Source: Eledone cirrhosa (Eukaryota). Taken from it: a DNA stretch of 64,000 bases. This document shows, in pieces, positions 50,690-64,000 of this stretch; position 1 is the first letter of the stretch, and every line of letters begins with the position of its first letter. Under the pieces are notes generated by a model, which was not told the DNA's origin, searched no databases, and worked only from the letters and a program-made list of their open reading frames with translations. Made by a program: the position numbers and the translations under genes. Where the stretch lies: NCBI GenBank assembly GCA_964016885.1, contig OZ024741.1, forward strand, positions 360,344,001-360,408,000, in the 5' to 3' direction.

Positions 50690-51136
50690 AGTATTTCATT
50701 TGATATATACACAAAGTTGAATATATTGGTATTTCATTTGATATATACACAAAGTTGAGTATATTAGTATTTCATTTGATATATACACAATATACACTAT
50801 AGTTGGGTATATTGGTATCTCATTTGATATATACACAATGTACACTATAGTTGGGTATATTGATATCTCATTTGATATATACACAATGTACACTATAGTT
50901 GGGTATATTGATATCTCATTTGATATATACACAATGTACACTATAGTTGGGTATATTGATATCTCATTTGATATATACACAATGTACACTATAGTTGGGT
51001 ATATTGATATCTCATTTGATATATACACAATGTACACTATAGTTGGGTATATTGATATCTCATTTGATATATACACAATGTACACTATAGTTGGGTATAT
51101 TGATATCTCATTTGATATATACACAATGTACACTAT
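50690..51136. repeat. 48-bp minisatellite (about 7 copies) preceded by two 38-bp variants
   Basis: Unit catttgatatatacacaatgtacactatagttgggtatattgatatct. Confidence 0.95.
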
Positions 51137-51579
51137 TCTTACCCAGTTTGGATTCATCCCCAATCACTCTCTTGGATAAAGTTCCTCCCCAAAGAACCAA
51201 GTGTCTCTCATTTCAGAACTCCAATTGTACACTAAATAAAGGATCCCCAAACTTTTTAGGCTATCAACCTCTTCATGTGATCCTTGACCTCACATTCACT
51301 CCAGGCATGTACAAAAATAAATCAGTAAACAATATAAATAGACAATTAAGACTAATTCTATAAAAAAAATATGAAACCTGTATAAGCAAGTTGTTTTTTA
51401 ATTTATTATTTTTATTTCTTATATAAATGTCAGGTTTTGTCCCAGAAATGTAATCAACCCCTGAGTAATCCCATTGACACCCGGAGATTGATACCAATCA
51501 GTTTGGAGATCTATGCATTAAATATTTCATAAATCCATTGAGGGTGTGGGAGCAAAAACCGAAAAATACTCAGTAGGAG

Positions 51580-51753
51580 TAGTGCCGGACTTAGGACAAA
51601 TGAGGCTCTGTTCTAGTTAAGTTATGAGGCCCCAAACATTTGAAAAAGTTATCGTAAAAAGTTTTTTTGGCAGGGAGATGCCCCACACCCCACCTCTGGC
51701 CAATGAGGCCCTGTACTTAAGCAAACCTAAGCACAATGGTAAATCCAGCACTG
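51580..51753. mobile_element. hAT-like MITE
   Basis: TIR TAGTGCCGGACTTA/TAAATCCAGCACTG; 8-bp TSD AGTAGGAG. Confidence 0.8.
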
Positions 51754-52019
51754 AGTAGGAGTATATAGAAACCTAATACAACTATTTAATGTTTAAAGAA
51801 GAAAAGAAAAGAAAAACTGTTGAGTACATTCATTGACATTTACAGTATAATAAATATTGCGAGAATACAATCACTGAACCACTGCAACCATCACTTGAAG
51901 CACCACCACTTGAAACACCACCACCAATACCAACATCATCATCATCTTCCCCATCTTTGGCACAACACAAAACTTGATTCAATAATAAATGGGGGATTTA
52001 CTTTTGTTTTATGACACTA

Positions 52020-52520
52020 ATCTATATATCTAAAACAAAGAATGTCTGTCTGTCTGCTCACTAAAACTTGAGAACCACCCAACCGATTGTTTTCAAAATT
52101 TACACATGTAATACTTATTTATGGTCCCGCGAGTATTTTGAGCAAAAAAAAAAAAATTCAAATTTTGAATGCCCTACGGACCGCAGTAGGCGATTTAGCG
52201 ATTTCTCTCTATAACTCTTAGTCTTTCTCGTTTTAGATAGATACATAGATATAACGTTGCGCCCTTATAATATCTGTCTGTATGCCTGGCTGTCTGCATT
52301 ACGACATTATGACGTAGCTGTGTGTGTGTATGTATATATAGTGTGTGTATATATATATGTATATATAGTGTGTGATATGTTCAACAATTATAAACATCTA
52401 TTCATTTCACATTGAAGTCTATTCTAAGAAGGCAAATATGATTAGTAGTTAATATTGTTTAAAACCATCTCTTGACAACTGAAAAATCTGAGTGATTTCA
52501 GGAGCCAGTGAACAGTTAGC
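52020..52520 (+). mobile_element. Non-autonomous Helitron/Helentron-like remnant
   Basis: Starts atctatatatctaaaa followed by (gtct)n; degenerate 3' end cagttag. Confidence 0.4.
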
Positions 52521-53899
52521 ATTGTAGATCTTATATTGGTTTAGTACCAGCGATATTTGTTGTTGTTTAACAGACCTATGAACAAAATGTATTTAAGTCA
52601 TGACCATGTTTTTAAAAATATTTTTCAAGCTCAGTGTACCTAAGATTACATTATCTAGTAATTTCCTTTTTTTCAGACAGTAAGATGTAATTTGACTGCT
52701 ATTTCTAACATATCATGTGACCCTATAGAGGCTTCTTCATTGACTTGCAATGCGATATTTTGTAACCAATGGCATTGAGGTCAGTTTTCAATGTAAAAAC
52801 GAGAAATAAAACATTTTAACCCATGTATGTCATTAATCTTTAAACCAGTTTTGAAGCCTTAAATATTCAAGAAAGAAGATATTGGATAAGGGAAGTTGTG
52901 GCATTTAAAGTTGTAGCTTTTCTTTGGGGCTTTATTGACAGGAAATGAATGAATATATTATAGAAAAATTGATTTTCATTTAGGTAGAAGCAGGTCTGTG
53001 TAAAGCTGACAACAGTCCGAGACCAGATGTAAAATGTAACCCACCCCTTCCAAAAGCTGGTAATAGACCCAGGCCAAGTGTAAATTGTAGACCCCCAAAT
53101 CTGATAATAGGTCCAGGCCAGGTTGTGAAATGTAGGCTCCTTTCAAACTTCTTATTAGTAATTTCAGTAATCAGGGCTAAATACATACAATTTATGAGTT
53201 GTATATATCAGAGTAAACCACAATTTTTTAAGGCGACTGATATGAGATTGTATACTGTCTCTATGTGCCGTTAGTAAAAGTATTAGCATCATAAAACAAA
53301 GGTAAATCCCCCACTAAAGAAAATTATAAGAATCTATAATCATGGGATTTATTTCTGATTGCTGTAGTGTCAAATGGATATGAGATAAATCACTTCTGGG
53401 ATAGGACGCTAGTATATCACAGAATTCCACACCTCTTTGGAGGAGTCCAGCTTTCATTACAAGCCAATGAAACACTCATCAATTGTATTATTAAAACTGG
53501 ATTTTACCAGCTGTGAAGCCTACTTGCATCTAGACAATTCAACGAAAGAACTCCCACATGGCCTGCTCAGCCTTCTAGAAATAGCAGTGAAATTTCCCTC
53601 AAATCACGTTCTACTATCATTTATATATATATTAAAAAAAAACCATACACACACACAGTGAATATTATAATCGTATATATCCGATATCTTAAAAACCCCA
53701 AAAGACTGGATGGTCACGACTGAAATGTCTTTTTGTCATAGGTTTGCTTGTTTAAAGTTGACCTGGTAGTAAAAAGAAAAGAAAAAATTATAGTTGCATA
53801 TGTGTTTATGTCATGGACTGAGCTATTAAGTTGATTATAGACATAATACAGTGCTGGAGATGAGATACAAACCACCAGTCTTATGAGTGGTATTATAAT

Positions 53900-54497
53900 A
53901 GGAAAAACACCGCTCTCGATTTAATCTTTAGAAAAAATGTTTATCTTCGTTTTTTTTTATGGGCTATCAATTAATCTGACTTCCAACATGCTTGCAATTG
54001 ACATTTTTTCACAGGAAACCGAGGCAGGGGTTCCCCCCCCCCCCCCCCAAGGTTTAGGATTAGGGTTAGGTTAGTGTTATGGTTAAGGATAGGGTTATGT
54101 TTAGGGTAAGGGTTAGGGTGATCCAGGGGGAGGCACTCCCAGCCCCTTTGTTTTCTGGTAAAGAAAACCTTTGAGGAAGGTTCGGAGGTCAGATTAGTTT
54201 ATAGCATGTGAAAAAAATGAGGAAAAATAATTATTTCTCACCAAACGCCAAGGGGTATAAATCTTCAAATTTCTGATGGTCTTCCCACTCCCTTTTTCCT
54301 TCCTTTTTCTACAAAGCCAGTCATTTCCAACTGGTTTGGAGGTCATATTTAGTGATAATATGTGTAAAAAAAACGTTTTCCAAGAAGAAAAAAGTCTGTT
54401 GTGAGCATGTTGGAGGTCAGATTAGTTGATAGAATAAGAAAAAAAAAAAAAAAGGAAAAAAATTTATTTCCCACTGAAATCGAGAGCGGGGTGTCCT
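53900..54497. mobile_element. TIR element with internal degenerate TTAGGG repeats
   Basis: AGG...CCGCTCTCGATTT / AAATCGAGAGCGG...CCT ends; subterminal IR ctatcaattaatctgacttccaacatgct; TTAGGG-like tract 54051-54118. Confidence 0.6.
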
Positions 54498-54789
54498 ATA
54501 AATTTACCTGAGTTGCCCAGTACCCTATCCACACGTCATTCTCAGTGCCTGATGTTCATATTTGCTAATGAAATATCTCATTACAGGAGCCAGCCTCTGA
54601 TGTGCAAGACATATGTGTATGTGAGAGCATCACAGAGATTTCAAGTCAGCTGAGATTTTTCTAGAAACAAAACCTGCAATTGTCTGACATCCTATAGTCC
54701 TGTGCTAATACTGGAAACCATTCGTTTTTGTGTGTTATTCTTGTTTTCCTCCAGAAGGATACCCTCCACCCCAGCTAGTTGGCATTATT

Positions 54790-55207
54790 GATTGGCAGTA
54801 TCGGTAGAGAGTCGGACACCATGCTTTCCAGCATAGTTACGTCCCTTTACGGTCTGAGTTCAAATCCCGCCGAGGTTTACTTTCCCTTTCATCCTTACGG
54901 GGTCGATAAAATAAAGTACCAGTAATGCACTGGGTAATTGCTGGCCTTGTGCCTAAAGTAGAAACAATTATTAAAGGTTAAATTAGGGCAGTGGATTGGC
55001 AGTATCGGTAGAGCATCGGACACTATGTTTTGCAGCATAGAGTTATGGATCTTTACGTTCTGAGTTCAAATCCTGCCGAGGTTAGCTTTGCCTTTCATCC
55101 GTACGAGGTCGATAAAATAAAGCACCAGTAATGCACTGGGGTCAATTTAATCGACTTTCCCCTCCCTCAAAATTGCTGGCCTTGTGCCTATAGTAGAAAT
55201 CATTATT
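54790..55207 (+). mobile_element. Two tandem SINE family A copies (54790-54972 and 54987-55207)
   Basis: Consensus match. Confidence 0.88.
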
Positions 55208-57249
55208 AAAACTTAAATAAATTCCACCACACAACCGTTTACCTATTAGATTTTTAAATTAAAATTCCTGTACAATTTATGATAAATTAATATTCTCCAC
55301 CTTCATTGCCCTAGATATGCCTACCCAATCAATTCTTGCATCCATTCATCCACAGCATTCTGTATCCCAGATCCTAGCGATGTGTTAAATGAACCACAAC
55401 TAAATTAATGAATTATTGATTTAAAAAAAAATCTATACAAAGACCTTGAATTTGAAAAGGAAGAGGTAAATGGGATATTTCCCCCCTGCAAAAAAAATAC
55501 TAATGGTGTAAATATGCGAAGGTGCATAGTAGTTAGGGTGTTGAACTCATAATCCTTATGCTGTAAGTTGGATTCCTGGATCTGTTGGCATGTTATGTTT
55601 TAAGCAAGGTACTTTATTTCACATTGCTCAGGGGTTATGAAATCAATGATATTCATCGTTTACTAAACCTGATTCTGGGATTTGTGTTTTGAATAAGAGA
55701 AAAACAAAAAAAAAAAGCAATTCATAGATTTTATGACAGGGGAGTGTGGATTATTGATTCAAAGAAGTCTTTTGTATTCAAACATCCAGTAGGTTCTCTA
55801 CAAATATATGAAAAAGGTGGCCAGGTCAATAATGGTTCCTTGTGTAAGACAATCTGGTTGGGAACATTTTTTTAAATTGCTTTTTTATTTTTATTTATTT
55901 ATTTTTTTGTCTTTTGGAGCAAAACAAGAAAAACTCACTGTTCTCATAGTTCATAATTTCTATGACACTTTCTTGATATACAGAAAAGGGTCGTTGTTAT
56001 TTAACCCCACGTTAGCTATGATTGAGCACAGCTTTGATCAGCTGTATCCCATTATTTTTTTCCTAGTCCTAATTTTTCTTTTTCTTTTAAAGATGGTGTG
56101 ATTTGTGGCCGATTTGGTTGCTATTTGTAGCAGGTCATGTGGCTATGTAGTGTCTCATGCAGACAAAAGACAAAATTCAATATTTCACATTATACAAATA
56201 TCAGTTCAAGGTGTACAGTTCAATCAATATGTCCAGCTTCTGAATTTCTCCTTGGTTGTGCAAGCATTACAAATTGTCAAGTTTATTTTTGAACATAAAC
56301 GTTCTGATTTGTTTATTTACTGTCAGTGTCATCTCTCAAGTCTTGTTCCTTTAGAACATTTACTATCTTACCAGTTAAAATTGCTTTATTGCTGTAACTG
56401 TAATACCTTGTCTGGGACAGCCTGCAAAGGTCATGAGTACTATCTTGTATTTAAAACCCAAACTAAATAGGCTTAAATGGTTTAAGTATTGTTTTTGTTA
56501 CTTCCAATTGTAACATGACATCCCATCCATTTGTATGCCTTTGAACTGGCAAATAACCATCATTTCCATCAAATTGAAATGTCAGAAGTTCTAAAACCAT
56601 TAAATAAATAATAATATTTGTTTCATAGAAGAAAATAATTCAGTCTTATTCCCTAAAAACAATTTCCATCTAAGATATATTAAGACTTAAATTCACCAAC
56701 AATTTTACAGAAATACAGTGGTATTTTGACTCATGCAGATGCAGGTCCTAACCTAGCAATACACCATAATTCAAAAAACCTGACACTCAATTCAAGCACT
56801 ACGACACTAAAAGTAAAGGTTGTGTAAGACCTGAAGCAAGTGTGTTTGGTAATATAGAGTTTGGGGGGATTTTTCAGGCAGGCCAAGAATGTGACAACCT
56901 CTATAGTGCTGGTGTTACAATAAAATGCATTCAGTACACCCTTTAAAATGTTAGTACCACAATAAAATACACAAAGTCCACTCTGTACAATGGTTGATGT
57001 TGGGAAAGGCATCCAGCTGTAGAAATCATGCTAAATATGGAACATATGAGCAAGATAAGGTTACTCTGACCTGTCTAGTCTCTAACCATGACAACATGTC
57101 CAACAAATGCCAACGTTTTTTTGTTTTTTTGTTTTTTCTTTTCAAAAACCCGTATCTGTCATTTTAGTGAATGGAAATGAAAAATATATCCATTTTAGCA
57201 TGATAAAAATCGTGGTAAAAATGCCACAGTTAATTTAAATAGCCTAAAT

Positions 57250-57413
57250 CAGTTATGGGCAAACTGCAGTCTGCGAACCACATGCGACCTTTTTAACTTT
57301 CTTAACGGCATGCCTAATTTCAAAATTGCCTTGAATTTTTTAGTAGTGCGGTCAACCTTATGAAGAGTCACATCCTATGCCGTCCACTGCTTGTAAAAGG
57401 TTGCCCATGCTTG
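57250..57413. mobile_element. hAT (Charlie/MER5-like) MITE
   Basis: TIR CAGTTATGGGCAA/TTGCCCATGCTTG; 8-bp TSD GCCTAAAT. Confidence 0.8.
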
Positions 57414-57999
57414 GCCTAAATAAGAGTTAAAACTAATTAATCAAACAGTATTTTCAGTCACTTATTTTAATTTTTGCATTTTTATTCTATATTTTAAACA
57501 TGAAGTTTTTGTCTGAAGGTATTTTAAAAAACTCACAGAAAAAAGTCATTACATAAACAGTACACACACATACCAAATCATATATAATCTTGCTCCTCAT
57601 CCTAACCAGAATATAAATGTTTTCAGTGGTTTATCTTTATATCTTTATAGATATGTGCTCACAGTTTTAAATAAACCAATTTCCCCTAGCCAAAGATGTA
57701 ACTATTTTCTCCTGTGATTATGTTCCTATTCACTTTGTCGTAGGGAAATTCCCAGGTGGGGGTTGTCACAGGTGTCCTACACCTGATCTTTTAGAAATGG
57801 TGAGGCATACAGCTGTAGAAACCATGCCAAATATGAAGTGTATGAATATGATGTAGTCTTTCCAATCTGTGTAACCTTGAACCCTAATAACATGTCCAAA
57901 CGATGCTAGCATGGAAGACAGGCATAAAATGATGATGATAATTAAAATAATGAATTTGTTTTACAAGATTCTTGATGTGAAATCATGTGCTGAACCCAA

Positions 58000-58563
58000 T
58001 ATTGTTATATTTGGGGATAGTCATGTTGCCTATATTGCCAATAAAAACACATGCACTATTTCATTTTCACTTCAGCTTTATTATTATTTAGTAGTAAGCT
58101 TGTAAAAATTATTTTGTCACATATTATGTGACCTCCTCAATGACTATCTATTTTCCCCCAAGCCTCCTCTTCTTTCTGGTCTTATTTGGTTTACTCCATC
58201 TTGTCTTTCTGAGGTACGTTTTCCTATCTGCACCTGTGTGTATGTCTTTGTGTTTGGCATCTGTATGTGTTGTGTGTTTGTGTTTTGTGTGCATGTGGGG
58301 GTATATATCTCTATTTCTCTGTTTGTGTTTTCCTATGTTTTTTTTTCTCTTTCTTACATGTTTTATTCTGTCCTTAGAATAGGACCAGAAAGAAGAAGTG
58401 GCATGGGGAAATATATCGTCATTGAGGAGGTCACAGAATGTGTGACAAAAGAAATTTAACAAACTAACTAATAACTAATAATAAAGCTGAAGTGAAAATC
58501 AAATAGTGTATGTGTTTTGTATTGGCAATATTGGCAACATGACCATCCCCAAATATTACAATA
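58000..58563. repeat. Old fold-back element H (about 160-bp diverged arms)
   Basis: Arms about 58000-58161 and 58403-58563 are reverse complementary. Confidence 0.75.
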
Positions 58564-61359
58564 AATGAAGTTTTCTTGAAATTCATATAGGTACTATGAC
58601 TCACAAATTAGATATTTCCTCAACATACTTTTTATATGACAAAAGGTATATAGAGTGTAATGTTTTTCTCTTTTAGTAATGAGAAAACCATAACAAGTAG
58701 ACAATATTTAATTTGTGTAGTGTAGTAACTATATTAATTTCAAGAAAACTCCATTATTTCAGCATCAGAATATATTTACTGTGTCTAACTACACACAAGG
58801 GAATAGATAATACTGACTTTCTCATTTGATAGTCTATTTAGATTATCATTTTACAGGATTAAAGGTTTTATTTTTAACACAGGATGGGTAACTACAAAGT
58901 TTATGGATATACTAAAAAACTAGATATTATCAAAAGATGGCAGCAGTTTCTAATAAAAATGAGCATCAAACAATCAATTGATAACACTATCGTCTCATGT
59001 CCTTTGCAAAATATCAGATAGATGTTGCTTCTTGGTCCTTGCAGACAGAATTATGAATGTATTATTGCAAAGGATAGTGAAGGAAATGAACTGAAAAAGC
59101 CCAGTCCAAGTTGTGGGGTTCATCATCATCATCATCATCATTTCATTTTACGTCCACTTTTCCCTGCTTGCAAGGGTGGGACAGGAACTGATTCTGGCTT
59201 GATTTCTACAGCTGGATGCCTTTCCTAACACCAACCTCATTTACAGTGAGTGCTGGGTGCTTTTTTGCCGTGGCACCTCCACGACCACTTTACAGTGGAA
59301 TGATAGGGACCCCAGTCCCTATCATCTCATTTCTACAGCTGAGTAAACTGGAGCAATGTGAAATAAAGTGTCTTGCTCAAGGAAACAACACATCACCCGG
59401 TCTGAGAATTGAACTCACAACCTTTCGATTGCAAGGCCAATGCTCTAACTACTAAGCCATGTGCCTCCATTACTAAAAGACATCTCTGTCATGATAGCAG
59501 TAAGTAGGAGAGTGGTTTGTAAACCCAGGGCATGAAATGGTTCTACTGCTATAGGTTTGACATTTTCTAATTTTTAACCTGATCCAACTGTTTTCAGTCT
59601 CTCTTTTCTCAAATGAATGAAGCTCAGATGTTCCTTTAGCTACCAATAAATAAAGAATGACAAGAAACTAATATTGCAAATAGAATTATTGATATTTCTT
59701 ATTGTGGATTGTCAATCTATTAACTGTTGTTGTATTTTGGGAGGGTCATGCTGACAATCAAAACATATGCACTTGTAAATTTCACATCCGTTTTATTAAT
59801 CAGATAATTAATTCATCAATCAGTTGATTATTCAACTAATTAATTAATTGTCAAAGTCCTTTCATCACAGATTGTAACCTCATCAATGATTATTGTTTCC
59901 ACTTTGTCTATGTGTACTCTTTTTTTTTTCTTTCTGTCTGTCTTTATTAATTTCTAACATTAACAAAAATAAAATTGAATATTTTAAAATAATTTATTAA
60001 CTGAATTCTGGGTGATTAGTTTCTTGAAAAACAGAAATAATTTCTTCTGTTGGTATCAAGGCACAAATTTTCAGAGAGGTATAATTCATTAAACTGACAC
60101 TAGTGCCAATTATATCTATTGTGATGGGATTTGAACTCAGAATGTAACTAAAACATGTATTTAGTTACAGGGTAGTAACTATATAGGCAGTGAATTTGCA
60201 GAGTAGCTATAACATCAGATAGAATGTGTTGTGCAATTTGTAATGGTTGTCTGCTCGCTGAGCTTAAATTGTGCCAAGGTGAACTTCACCATTCATTCTT
60301 CTGGGGTTGATAAAGTACTCAACAAGTAAATTCAAAATATCCTATTCTTTTTGTCTAAACACAAAGCCTTAAATATGGAATGTTGTGAGATTCATGCCTT
60401 TGCAGGGTATATAAAATAACTAGAATTCAAGCTAAAATCAATTTTAATTTTTGTGTTCTGGAGTTTCACTTCTCTTGCTGAGGTACTTGCCACAAAAACA
60501 CTTCGTTTGGTCACAAGTGACCATGGATTTACACCTGGAAAGTTCTTCTCCAAGGCATAAACCTGGGCAAGGTGTTTTGTGGAAGACCATCAATTTCTCA
60601 TGCATGCAAATCTACCTTCTTCACACTACCAATGTTGTACAAGGGAAAGGCATAGGTTAATACAGTTTGGTACCAGTGATGGTGCAACTCAATTTTTTCA
60701 TTTGAGTGGATTGGAGTAATGTAAAATGAACTCTCTCTCTAGGACATAACACATCACCCTGACCAGGAATCGAAATCACAACCTTATGATCATGAACCAA
60801 ACACCTAACCCACTAAGTTATGCACATTCATATACTCACCAATACTGTCATTAAACTTTTATGGATAAGTTTGCATTCAACATTATTAAAGTCTGTGAAA
60901 ACTTCATTAAAAACAAAACAGTTGGTTGACCACGATTCTTAATAAACCAATGTCACCTTAAAATAACACCTGGATCATGACATTGACTTAGTTTTTATTC
61001 ACCAAGACTTGTTTTCCTTCTTAACAGGTTTTTTTTCTCTCACAAGTTTTGTTTTAAATAGGAGACATTCGAAGAAGAATGAGAAATGTACTTTAATCAC
61101 GGAGAATCTAATTTTTGTTGATGGCATTTATTGTTGTTTAGACAACTGAGCCCAACAGAACTGAATGACTACCACCACATCATCATCATCATCATCATCA
61201 TCATTTACCATCCATTCATTCTGCTAGCATAGTCTATATAGGATCAATGTGGTGAAAATATACTTTGGCACTCTTGTCTATTCTTTCAGGTTTTTTAAAA
61301 ACACTTCATAAGCATTGGGTGCTTAGATAAATTTGTGCTATCTCTCTTAAGTTATCCCA

Positions 61360-61920
61360 CTATTTTGCTCTTATCCATGTTTCTTGCAGTAGCCATCTGT
61401 TGTTCAACTGGGTAGATTCTGAGCAACACTTCCATCTCATCTATTTATGTATCCCAACCATTGTGACAATCTTATAAAGTTATTAACTGGTCATACATTG
61501 ACTATCTCTCTCAGTCTCTTGTTGGTAATACGATCTTGCCACTTGATTTCTAATATTATATGCAAGACTTTGTTTTCAATATCTAGAAATTTAATATCGG
61601 ATGTAATGATATTATGCCAAGATTGATGTTCATAAAGTAATATTGATCTTACCAAGGATACATAAATCTTTGCTTTAATTTGTGTTTAATTTGAGAGATA
61701 GTTGGATTTTCATATAAATTCCAGCATGCCCATTGCTTGTTCTAATTCTTTCCACAAAGTCCAAAATGAGTGAGCCATTACTTAAAACCGTCAGTGGTCT
61801 ATATTATTTTTTCTATACTGTAATTGAATGAATTGGCATAATTTGTATTCATCATCTCTGTCTTCAAATAGTTAATAACCAGACCAACCTCTTTTATCAA
61901 CTCTTATGTTACCATATGTC
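61360..61920 (-). mobile_element. Degenerate LINE RT 3' fragment
   Basis: Residual minus-strand similarity to LINE C-terminal motifs; no open frame. Confidence 0.35.
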
Positions 61921-61959
61921 TAATGAAAGACATTGCCTCAAATAATTTCGAAAATAATC

Positions 61960-62110
61960 AAGAGGAAACGAAGATAACCAAATACCATGGATTATCCGAC
62001 CACTTCCTCTTCACATCGGTTGCCTTCGAGACCTCAGATCGGAATGTCAGCAGCCCATCTGAGGAAGGAGCCTCATGAGGTGTGTGAGGGGATGTTGCAG
62101 TGGGTGTCGC
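61960..62110 (+). mobile_element. CRE-like endonuclease 3' fragment
   Basis: EETKITKYHGLSDHFLFTSVAFETS resembles EVKLLKYRSLSDRFAVVPLAVETS. Confidence 0.5.
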
Positions 62111-62689
62111 TTGCAATTGTCTGTAGAAATGTTCTTGTGGTTTTGTTCGTGGGGCTAGAGCCCACTCCCCTCCCTCCTCCCCCTCCCAGTCTTCTGTGAC
62201 CCTAGAGCCCTTGCCTTTCCCATCAAGAATTAGGAAGGATTTGTTATATAATCTTCTCATCATTAAGCTGTTGTTTGGAACATAACTTACCGAAGTTTCT
62301 TACATAAAATTATGATAGAAGGATTTTGCAACGCAGAATCAAGGGTGGTTTTAGGCAGTTTCATATCAAAAGGGTTAAACTTTCTTCTTTTTTTCTTCTT
62401 CTTCTTTTTCTTCTTCTTCTTCTTCTTCTTCTTCTTCTTCTTCTTCTTCTTCTTGATTTTCTTTTTCTTTTTTCTTTTTTTCTTTTTCTTTTCTTTATTT
62501 TCTTTTCATCTTTCACTTATTCCTGTGAGGAATGTGGAGGCAGAATTCTCAAACACTTCTTCCAGCAGGTCCTGTCAGAAGCAACCATCCCCAATTGATC
62601 TGAGCTCATCGATATTATCCAACCATCTTGTTCAGGGGGAAGATATGCACACTCAAGTTCACACTACAACAGAGAATACTGGGGTTTCC

Positions 62690-63060
62690 TTCTAAGCATT
62701 TTGAGGCAATGGTATTGCTGTAGGTGATAGTGAGGCTAAGGTGCTGAAATAGTCAAGCACCCTCATGAGCATCACCTTCAGTTAGTTGAGCCACCAATGA
62801 TGAGAGAAACTTTATTGTTAGCAGCCCTGGAATAAACTACTGACATACTTACCAATAACTCATAATATGTCAGTAGTTTATTCGATGTATCTATGGATGT
62901 AGATACCCCAACATCCACTGCAGCATCTAGGATATGAGAAGGGGCAAAAGAGTTGCTGACAGTGGTCTCCCATATGTGGCATCTACTAGCCCAAAGGCAA
63001 GGAGGAAGTTCATCAAGCCTTCCATTGATCCTGGATAATCTGGCTAGCTCTAGAGTTGAG
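62690..63060 (-). mobile_element. Degenerate CRE-like endonuclease fragment
   Basis: LELARLSRINGRLDEL...IWETTVSNSFAPSHI...NKLLTY..L. Confidence 0.5.
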
Positions 63061-64000
63061 GGGATATTTTTGTGATTATTTTCAATTCTGTTTGACAATC
63101 CATGAAGATCCCAGGAATCAAAGGAATCAAAAGCTTGACATTTCAATCCTCTACAGAAATCTTCCCCAGACTTAATGTCACTAATGTTTGCCTCAGGTAA
63201 ATAATTAACCTTAGTTTTCATAAAATCTGGCACTTGCTGAAAATAAGCAACACTTTGAATATTGATTAAATTTATCAAAAAGTGAGTTTAAAATATATTT
63301 TTACAGTAGATTGTTTCAAACTCTTTGAGTCAATTTATCCTGTTCTGGAACTGATAAACCCAGCTCCTTTTACTATAGCAGAGCTTAATCCATCTCCATG
63401 CTGGAGCTAGTCCATACTGGAAAGGTAAGTTTGTTGCCCATCAAAGAGGAGCAGGCATGAGTGGAAGAAAGGAAGCAATGTAGACATAGAAATGAATATT
63501 TACATAGACCTAAAACCTCAACTCATTTGGACAATGCAGCCTAGTTGCAGGACTCTGTAGTAAGTCTAATATTAACCAGATTTTTTAGTTTCTGGGGGAT
63601 TAGATTGTCAAAATGTTGCAGGGATAATGGGAATTTAAATGAGGGACTCGCTCTAAAGATATACAATAACTTGGGAGTAGACAGGTAATTCATAAGGAAA
63701 ACCATCCAAGTTACAATAAAATTGATGTAAAGAATAAAACCAAAATAAACGTCATCATCATCATCATCATAATTCCAATAAAAACCCATCTGTCAAATGT
63801 TAGCAAAAAATATGTTGATAATCTGATAGCAAAAGATGAGTTGGTGTAGAGGCTAAGGTTTATTTAAACCCACAAATTATATATAACATTGATTGGTATC
63901 AAAGAGAAAGTTATCCCCCCCCCCCCCTGCCAACTAAGTGTGTTAATTAACTAAACATCTGACTCACTGATTTATATCCTACTGCAGGTGACATATCCTT

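Noticed and set aside
50696-51179. Repetitive ORFs and a CRISPR-like appearance of the 48-bp array
   Set aside because: The units are contiguous with no unique spacers and there are no cas genes; the ORFs arise because 48 is divisible by 3
62312-62695. Poly-Phe/Leu ORFs
   Set aside because: (CTT)n microsatellite

Overview
AT-rich, repeat-dense animal genomic DNA. The SINE and RTE-LINE repertoire with abundant (TA)n/(TG)n/(CAT)n looks like a cephalopod (octopus-like) genome, which is an inference. No confident host protein-coding gene was found; there is only a candidate first exon near 9.9-10.0 kb on the minus strand. Conventional content includes RTE LINEs (one near-complete APE+RT copy with a PHD-type finger inside the RT), CRE-type and Tx1-type LINE fragments, many tRNA-derived SINEs, piggyBac/hAT/Helitron-like MITEs, and three clustered copies of a non-autonomous tRNA-Trp-primed LTR element. 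The main signal not visible in the ORF track is 12 minimal type-I hammerhead ribozyme (HHR) motifs, plus degenerate ones, in at least five sequence families of non-coding elements flanked by microsatellites. These occur as fold-back elements with a sense and an antisense HHR, a 523-bp tandem array with one HHR per unit, and a 696-bp terminally redundant monomer, consistent with Penelope-like or retrozyme-like elements. The LTR elements carry a 32-nt tRNA-Trp copy with an A58->T change, which may be a fossil of reverse transcriptase reading through m1A58. Coordinates were read by eye, and RNA folds were paired by hand, not computed.
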